A stretch of 64,000 bases of DNA from contig CAYLYZ010000001.1 of the NCBI GenBank assembly GCA_964387885.1, positions 175,903 through 239,902 of the forward strand, in the 5' to 3' direction. This document shows, one piece after another, positions 58,548 to 64,000 of this stretch. The stretch comes from an uncultured bacterium. Lineage in GTDB: Bacteria > Electryoneota > AABM5-125-24 > Hatepunaeales > Hatepunaeaceae. The stretch's first letter is position 1, and every line of letters begins with the position of its first letter. The translations under genes were made by a program, and so were the position numbers. Below the pieces are notes generated by a model that worked only from the letters and a program-made list of their open reading frames with translations, ran no database searches and was not told the DNA's origin.

Positions 58548-60227
58548 TTACTTCATCTCGATGTAACCACAGGGGCATGCTTCTTTACATTTATCACAAC
58601 CATTACAAAAGTCCAGTTTAAACTTGTATGGTTCACCAGGAATCAAAGGTTTAATGATAGCCTGATCCTGGCAATAACTCCAACATGTACCACAATCGAA
58701 GCAGGAACCACAGCTCATGCAGCGTTTCGCTTCTTCTATAACCGAGGCTTCCGGTAAAGTTGTGGTGATCTCTTGCCAGGGTTCTTCAAATCGTCTGTCT
58801 GGTGGCACACTCTCACACTCATTACGCAGGGCTTGCTCGTAAAAAGTAAGTATCATTCGATCCGGTGATGCCAAGGGTAATGGTTCTTTTTTCTTAAGCT
58901 CAATACCGCGGAATTGCGCGTGAATCGTTTCTGCGGCAAGTCGTCCCTGGGCGAGGGCTATAGTCACCAGACCAAGGTCCAATACGTCGCCACCACCGTA
59001 AGTTTTATCTTCTTTAGTCTTTCCCCATTCATCGACTTTTACCCAATCGCGTCCTTCATGGAGATTGTCAAGACCTTCGAAATCCGGTTCCTGTGAAATA
59101 GCCGGAATTAATGAAGTCAACTCGACAGTAAACGTATCACCCTCAATCGGCACAGGGCGTCTGCGACCTGATGAATCAGGTTCACCCAGCTCCATCTGCT
59201 GACATTCCATCCTGACAACCTTGCCATCCTCGAGCTCAAGTTTTTTTGGCGCGGCGAGGAAATGGAAGATTACGCCTTCTTCCTCAGCTCCAACGATTTC
59301 TTCTTCAATCGCGGGCATCTCATTTCTTGTGCGACGATAGAGGATTGTAACTTCCTTGGATCCAAGCCTCAAAGCAACTCTTGCAGCGTCGATGGCGGTA
59401 TCACCTCCACCGATTATAACAACCTTATCTCCGATCTCAACATGATTACCATCGGCAATTTGATTCAGAAAGCCGACTCCGCTGAAGACGTTTGGGGCAT
59501 CCTCATTTTCAAGCCAGAGCCCTTTGCCTTTGTGTGCACCGATTCCGACAAAAATCGCATCATAGTCCGATTGAACCTGTTCGTAGGGAATGTCCCTGCC
59601 AACTGCAATATTGGTTTTTAACTCAACACCGAGATCAAGAATCTTTTGGATTTCACCATCAAGAATATTATGCGGAAGACGGTATGAGGGGATTCCATAC
59701 CTGAGCATACCACCAGGTTTTGAAAAAGCCTCGAAAATTGTCACCGCATATCCCTGGCGAGCCAAATGATAAGCACAGCCAAGTCCGGCAGGTCCAGCGC
59801 CCAGAACTGCAATCTTTTCGGATTGAGTTTCATCGGTAAGTTTCTTATAAGGGAGATCCTTTTCAATTCCCCAGTCACCGATGAATCGCTCAACATTGTT
59901 GATTGCTAAAGCACCGTCTTTGCCAATTCTATTACATGCTTCTTCACATGGATGAGGGCAAACTCGTCCACATGTCGCTGGGAGAGGATTTTTCTTTGTA
60001 AGTGTTTCCCAGGCTTCCATGAATGCTTCTTCCTGGGGTCTTTCATATTTTTCTGCTTGAGCAATTGTCATCAGAACACTGCGAATCTCCGTACCTTGCG
60101 GACATGCGCTAATGCAAGGTGCTTCTTTTTCAAGCACATACGGTCGTCTTGAGCTTGTTTCACTCCCGGACGATCCACCACCACTGCGTATTACAAGTTT
60201 TTTCTTTTTCTTCTTCAGTAAGGCCAT
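58548..60227 (-). CDS. dsrL: DsrL, a GltD-like NAD(P)H:acceptor oxidoreductase with a C-terminal 2x[4Fe-4S] ferredoxin domain.
   Basis: It has N-terminal Fe-S Cys clusters (CISACPQG, CGRVCPHPCEEAC), FAD/NAD(P) Rossmann motifs (VLGAGPAGLGCAY, VIIGGGDTAIDAA) and a C-terminal ferredoxin region CMSCGSCFDCGTCWSYC...CNGCDKCKEACPCG. It lies between dsrN and dsrC. Confidence 0.75.
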   Translation of the reverse strand: MALLKKKKKKLVIRSGGGSSGSETSSRRPYVLEKEAPCISACPQGTEIRSVLMTIAQAEKYERPQEEAFMEAWETLTKKNPLPATCGRVCPHPCEEACNRIGKDGALAINNVERFIGDWGIEKDLPYKKLTDETQSEKIAVLGAGPAGLGCAYHLARQGYAVTIFEAFSKPGGMLRYGIPSYRLPHNILDGEIQKILDLGVELKTNIAVGRDIPYEQVQSDYDAIFVGIGAHKGKGLWLENEDAPNVFSGVGFLNQIADGNHVEIGDKVVIIGGGDTAIDAARVALRLGSKEVTILYRRTRNEMPAIEEEIVGAEEEGVIFHFLAAPKKLELEDGKVVRMECQQMELGEPDSSGRRRPVPIEGDTFTVELTSLIPAISQEPDFEGLDNLHEGRDWVKVDEWGKTKEDKTYGGGDVLDLGLVTIALAQGRLAAETIHAQFRGIELKKKEPLPLASPDRMILTFYEQALRNECESVPPDRRFEEPWQEITTTLPEASVIEEAKRCMSCGSCFDCGTCWSYCQDQAIIKPLIPGEPYKFKLDFCNGCDKCKEACPCGYIEMK

Positions 60228-60321
60228 TGCCTATCCTCCATAGAAAACCCTTACTTTCACGTACATGAAGTGATTAACGGTTTTCTGTTAAATGTCTGTT
60301 CTTATCGTGCCGGATGTTCTC

Positions 60322-61710
60322 TCAGCATCTTTTCTTGTTCAAATTTAATATTTTATATCTTTTAGCAGCCTTCTTCATACCGTCCGCCCATGCCTGGGCA
60401 CCTGATACGTGAAGGTGAAGATAACTTGCTAGCACATTACGATGTAATAAACCATCGCGTGCATCTCCTACTCCGACTCCTCTCTTCACCCTGAAAACTG
60501 TAGAAAGACTGGATTGCGTTTCAATTCTTGAATAATGAAACTCATGCCCGCGTAATTGCTGCCCCTTCTTAAAGAAGGGATTCTCTTCTTCAACCACAAC
60601 TTCTTGATAACCGTGACCCTGAGGTCGTTTGCTAATCTGAATCGAATGTTCAAATACTCCTGCCATCGGGTATGTATTGCCTTCCCAATGAATGGATTTC
60701 GAAAGGAACATTAGTCCCCCGCATTCGGCATAAATGGGCAATCCCTTTTCAGCAGCTTCTGCAACCGATTTTCGAATCGATTCGTTATCTGAAAGTCTTG
60801 CGGCATGTGTTTCCGGAAAACCACCGCCTATATAAAGAGCTTCTATATCTGGTAATTCAGTAATTTCAAATGGATTTACCGGAACGAGAGTGAAACCATC
60901 CCCGCTCAGTGCCTCAAGATTTTCCGGGTAATAGAAAGTGAAGGCACTACCGGTAAAATAACCTATCCTAATTGGTTTATCCCTCTGTGGGATAATTACT
61001 GACTGTTCAGACTGAACACCGGAAGGGATTTCAATGCCTGTGACATCTCCAGCTATTTCCGAGATTCTGTCTAAATCAACATTATCTTCAATCAACTTTG
61101 CAGACAATTCAATTGCTTTATCTGCAACCTGATTTTCTTCTGGTGTCACCAGACCTAAATGTCTGCCCGGTAACGGATCTTTTCTCATGCGGGGGATGAT
61201 TCCAAGTACTGGTATCCCCGCTTCATTTTCAACGGCATCACGAATAACTCTCGCTTGCCGTTCAGTAGCAATCTGGTTGAGAATGACTCCAGCAAAGTTG
61301 ACATCCCTGTCAAACATCTTGATTCCCATCAAGATCGCAGCTATTGTGCGTGTCACCTTAACAACGGGAATAACAATAACTACGGGAAATCCCAGTAATT
61401 TTGCCATTTCCGCCGATGAATGAGTTCCCTGAGCATTCTCCCCATCATGTAGGCCACGATTAGCTTCCATGATGTTTAAGCCATCCGTAATGACATACTC
61501 TGAGAATGATCTTAGAACCTGTCGTGTGCCCATCATCCATGTATCGAGATTATGCGCTTCCCTGCCGGCAGCCAGACGCAACCAGGCGGGATCTATGTAA
61601 TCAGGACCTTTCTTAAAGGGCATCACGGGAATTCCCTTGCGACGGTAGGCACCGATGAGCCCTAACGTCGCAAGAGTTTTCCCACTATCACCACCCGCTC
61701 CGGCTATCAT
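60322..61710 (-). CDS. dsrN: DsrN, a cobyrinic acid a,c-diamide synthase (CbiA/CobB) homolog, putative siroheme amidase.
   Basis: It has the N-terminal ATPase domain (MIAGAGGDSGKTLATLGL) and a C-terminal glutamine amidotransferase-like domain, in a 462 aa protein. Confidence 0.8.
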   Translation of the reverse strand: MIAGAGGDSGKTLATLGLIGAYRRKGIPVMPFKKGPDYIDPAWLRLAAGREAHNLDTWMMGTRQVLRSFSEYVITDGLNIMEANRGLHDGENAQGTHSSAEMAKLLGFPVVIVIPVVKVTRTIAAILMGIKMFDRDVNFAGVILNQIATERQARVIRDAVENEAGIPVLGIIPRMRKDPLPGRHLGLVTPEENQVADKAIELSAKLIEDNVDLDRISEIAGDVTGIEIPSGVQSEQSVIIPQRDKPIRIGYFTGSAFTFYYPENLEALSGDGFTLVPVNPFEITELPDIEALYIGGGFPETHAARLSDNESIRKSVAEAAEKGLPIYAECGGLMFLSKSIHWEGNTYPMAGVFEHSIQISKRPQGHGYQEVVVEEENPFFKKGQQLRGHEFHYSRIETQSSLSTVFRVKRGVGVGDARDGLLHRNVLASYLHLHVSGAQAWADGMKKAAKRYKILNLNKKRC

Positions 61711-61751
61711 TAACCGTGGCGGATTGATAGCAGTTTCGGGAGACTTCAGAA

Positions 61752-62000
61752 TCAGTCGTTTGCTGAAGCTTCTTTATGAGGCAGTTCAACAAAACTGCCG
61801 CCGAAATATGTGTAAACACACTGTCCGGTATCAACCAGATTCTTCACTGCATTTTTGGCAAGTTTCTTATCAACATCCGGGTAAAGCTGCCTTACAGCCT
61901 TAACCAGATCCATTGATTTCAACTTTTTCTTTACTGCAGTTGCATCCTTGACTATTTTCAACATTGCTGCTGAAAGTTCTTCCATTGTAGGATCTGCCAT
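61752..62000 (-). CDS. dsrD: DsrD, a small winged-helix protein.
   Basis: An 82 aa lysine-rich protein whose C-terminus ...GQCVYTYFGGSFVEL matches the DsrD (E)YW/Y-SSG-S signature. It is directly downstream of dsrB. Confidence 0.75.
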   Translation of the reverse strand: MADPTMEELSAAMLKIVKDATAVKKKLKSMDLVKAVRQLYPDVDKKLAKNAVKNLVDTGQCVYTYFGGSFVELPHKEASAND

Positions 62001-62018
62001 CAGAACGTCTCCTGAATA

Positions 62019-63101
62019 TTAAAACCGCAGGTGCGTTGACCGCTTGTAGGTCAAGCCTGCATGTTTGAAGTCGTCAATATGCTCTTTTTCGAATTCAATG
62101 CCGGTCATTTCAAAGAAACGAGGCCAGCCAATCCGATCAATCCATTCACCCATACGTTCGTATGGTTGAGCATTGTCTTTCCAGGTGTAGACCAGATTCT
62201 TAATTGCTTCAACAGTCTCAGGCCAGCGTGGAGGAGTGTTGGGCAGGAACGGAATAGCGAGTTTCGAGAACATCGGCTCTTTACGTGCGTTTGACACTTT
62301 ACCACCAACCCAGATTGAAACACCGTCTGTGACGGAATCGTTCAGGGTCATTGAGGGGCAAACAGTGTAGCAGTTAGCACAGAACATACAGCGATCATCG
62401 ATAACTTCAACTGATTCGAATCCATCTACTTCTGCCGGACGAATCGCAGCAGTCGGGCAGGATGCGAGAACACTCGGGATCTCACATACTTTTTTCACAC
62501 TGTCATGTGCAACAATTGGCAAGCGACGGTGGACACCAAGGATAGCAATGTCTGAGCAGTGAACAGCACCACACATATTCAGGCAGCATGCAAGAGCGAT
62601 ACGCATCTTGGCTGGAAGATTATGACCGGTGAATTCATCAATCAACTCATCCATCACAGCCTTGACGATACCTGATGCATCTGTTGCAGCCGAGTGACAG
62701 TGAATCCATCCCTGGGTATGAACGATGTTTGAAATTGAATTTGCGGTTCCACCTACCGGGTGTCCCAAAGCTTCAATTTCTTTCTTTATGCCAGCAATGT
62801 TATCTTCATTTGTCGTCATGAACTCGACGTTATTACGACTTGTGAAGCGAAGATATCCATCGCAGTATTTATCGGCAATATCACAATATTGCCTGATCTT
62901 CTGGATCGAAAGCAATCTTGGTGAAGATGCTCTGACGGTAAAGATCTTGTCTCCGGATTCTGCAACGTGAACGTAGACACCCGGAGCGAGAATTTCGTGG
63001 CGATCCCACTTGTGATAGTTGTTTAGAATAACAGGCGGCAGATTCTCTTTAAAATGAGGCGGCCCGATATCTGTCAACCTTTTAGCAGGTTCTGCAGTCA
63101 T
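62019..63101 (-). CDS. dsrB: Dissimilatory sulfite reductase beta subunit.
   Basis: It has the siroheme/[4Fe-4S] coupling Cys cluster [16 protein letters not shown] and ferredoxin-like insert Cys residues ([12 protein letters not shown]), in a 360 aa protein. Confidence 0.9.
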   Translation of the reverse strand: MTAEPAKRLTDIGPPHFKENLPPVILNNYHKWDRHEILAPGVYVHVAESGDKIFTVRASSPRLLSIQKIRQYCDIADKYCDGYLRFTSRNNVEFMTTNEDNIAGIKKEIEALGHPVGGTANSISNIVHTQGWIHCHSAATDASGIVKAVMDELIDEFTGHNLPAKMRIALACCLNMCGAVHCSDIAILGVHRRLPIVAHDSVKKVCEIPSVLASCPTAAIRPAEVDGFESVEVIDDRCMFCANCYTVCPSMTLNDSVTDGVSIWVGGKVSNARKEPMFSKLAIPFLPNTPPRWPETVEAIKNLVYTWKDNAQPYERMGEWIDRIGWPRFFEMTGIEFEKEHIDDFKHAGLTYKRSTHLRF

Positions 63102-63171
63102 TTATAACTCCTGTATCGAATTTTTTCTTGAACTTAATTAATCGATTTAGAGAATTGAACAAAAAGTATTT

Positions 63172-64000
63172 CTACTCATCGTCCTCATCATCATCTAACG
63201 TATAGAAGACATAAGGATTATCCCTTGGTTGCGCGACCATCTCAGGCATCGGTTCGAGACCGATAGCATCGAGGAAGTTACCCTTACCGATACGTTCGAT
63301 AAATTCACCGATACGCTCACGGTTTTTACCTTCTTCACCCCAGATTTCCCAAATCTCATCGATGAGATCTTTGAGATCTTCGAAGTTTGGATCTTCATCG
63401 TTAAACGGTTCATCCATTTTCATGAATGGAACCAGTACGCTTGATAGAAGTGCTCCTTCGAGGATCGGAGCTTTTGAACCTAACAGAACTGTTGCTCCGC
63501 GATCTTTACCCGGTTTGAGTGCGAGGTGCATTACATTGATACAATGCATGCAACGGGCACAATTACGGTTATCGATATTAAGTTCTTTTCCGTCCCATGC
63601 CATACAATCGGTCGGGCAGCGATTGATTACATCACGCTGGATGTTCAGTCCTTCATCAACATATTGCGCAACGCGGTCGTTGTTTACCTGAATATCATCT
63701 CGCCATGTACCGATAATAGATAAATCAGCACGTGCAATTGAAGCTACACAATCGTTCGGGCAACCCGCCATCTTAAATTTGAACTTATACGGGAAGAATG
63801 GGCGGTGAAGCTCATCTTGATAGTGCATTGTCAAATCATAGGTGACCTTCAACGTATCATACATTGCCCATTCACAACGGGCGGGACCGTTGCAGCAGGA
63901 AGGTGTACGCATCACAGAACCTGAACCACCGAGGTCAAAACCGAGTTTCGTCAGTTCATCAAAGGTTGGTTCCAGCTCATCGGTATTTGTTCCCAGGAAT
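63172..64000 (-). CDS. dsrA: Dissimilatory sulfite reductase alpha subunit, 5' partial; the N-terminus lies beyond the window end.
   Basis: The frame is open to the window edge (...FDLGGSGSVMRTPSCCNGPARCEW...). There is a ferredoxin-like domain (CPNDCVASIARADL, CPTDCMAWDG, CARCMHCINVM) and an unusual acidic C-terminal tail DDDEDDE. Confidence 0.85.
   Translation of the reverse strand, partial: FLGTNTDELEPTFDELTKLGFDLGGSGSVMRTPSCCNGPARCEWAMYDTLKVTYDLTMHYQDELHRPFFPYKFKFKMAGCPNDCVASIARADLSIIGTWRDDIQVNNDRVAQYVDEGLNIQRDVINRCPTDCMAWDGKELNIDNRNCARCMHCINVMHLALKPGKDRGATVLLGSKAPILEGALLSSVLVPFMKMDEPFNDEDPNFEDLKDLIDEIWEIWGEEGKNRERIGEFIERIGKGNFLDAIGLEPMPEMVAQPRDNPYVFYTLDDDEDDE

Noticed and set aside
1707-63723. 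Numerous 60-190 aa ORFs in the six-frame track that lie antisense to, or out of frame within, long conserved genes (for example 1707..1949, 2571..2858, 8820..9359, 19250..19558, 26244..26720, 51608..52186, 54874..55158, 63362..63691).
   Set aside because: Each one is fully embedded in a gene with strong motif support on the other strand or frame. Their products are compositionally biased (Ser/Pro/Arg-rich), which is typical of antisense translation of coding DNA. I saw no independent support for any of them.
1-64000. CRISPR arrays, prophage or integrase genes, toxin-antitoxin pairs and defence islands.
   Set aside because: I saw no direct-repeat/spacer periodicity, no integrase, transposase or phage structural genes, and no short paired ORFs of TA type. 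The window is core chromosomal sequence plus the dsr island.

Overview
This 64 kb window is densely coded (~55 genes, mostly on the minus strand) and reads as chromosomal sequence from a Gram-negative, probably FCB-superphylum-like bacterium. That placement rests on two T9SS C-terminal-domain subtilases, a GWxTD protein and genes for LpxA, LolE and outer-membrane barrels; Shine-Dalgarno sites are present (GGAGG before hup and dsrC). The first 33 kb is housekeeping: mrdA (3' partial)-mreDCB, purN plus a purH gene that encodes only the IMP-cyclohydrolase domain, ldcA, ftsY, nadK, dxs, xseBA, hup, hemC, mutM, three glycosyltransferases, rseP, dxr, lpxA, pyrF, then rodZ-like, lysS, lolE, ggt, cutA and trxB on the plus strand. 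The last ~18 kb holds the main result, a complete dissimilatory sulfite reductase locus on the minus strand: dsrA (5' partial)-dsrB-dsrD-dsrN-dsrL-dsrC, then after a 270 nt gap dsrT-dsrM-dsrK-dsrJ-dsrO-dsrP, followed directly by a CoA-disulfide-reductase/rhodanese fusion and hemA. Siroheme-synthesis genes (cobA/hemD fusion, sirC) lie ~1 kb downstream. DsrD and DsrT together with a GltD-like DsrL that carries a C-terminal ferredoxin domain suggest a reductive or disproportionating-type Dsr system with a possible extra persulfide/polysulfide reductase module. The non-coding findings are a ~370 bp MITE-like insertion with ~33 bp imperfect terminal inverted repeats between hemC and a C_GCAxxG_C_C gene, a ~100 nt element present in two ~80 % identical copies upstream of two minus-strand genes, several operator-like palindromes, and a 20-31 aa polybasic small ORF. 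No rRNA, tRNA, CRISPR array or prophage could be supported. All calls come from reading the translated ORFs and the DNA by eye; no searches were run.
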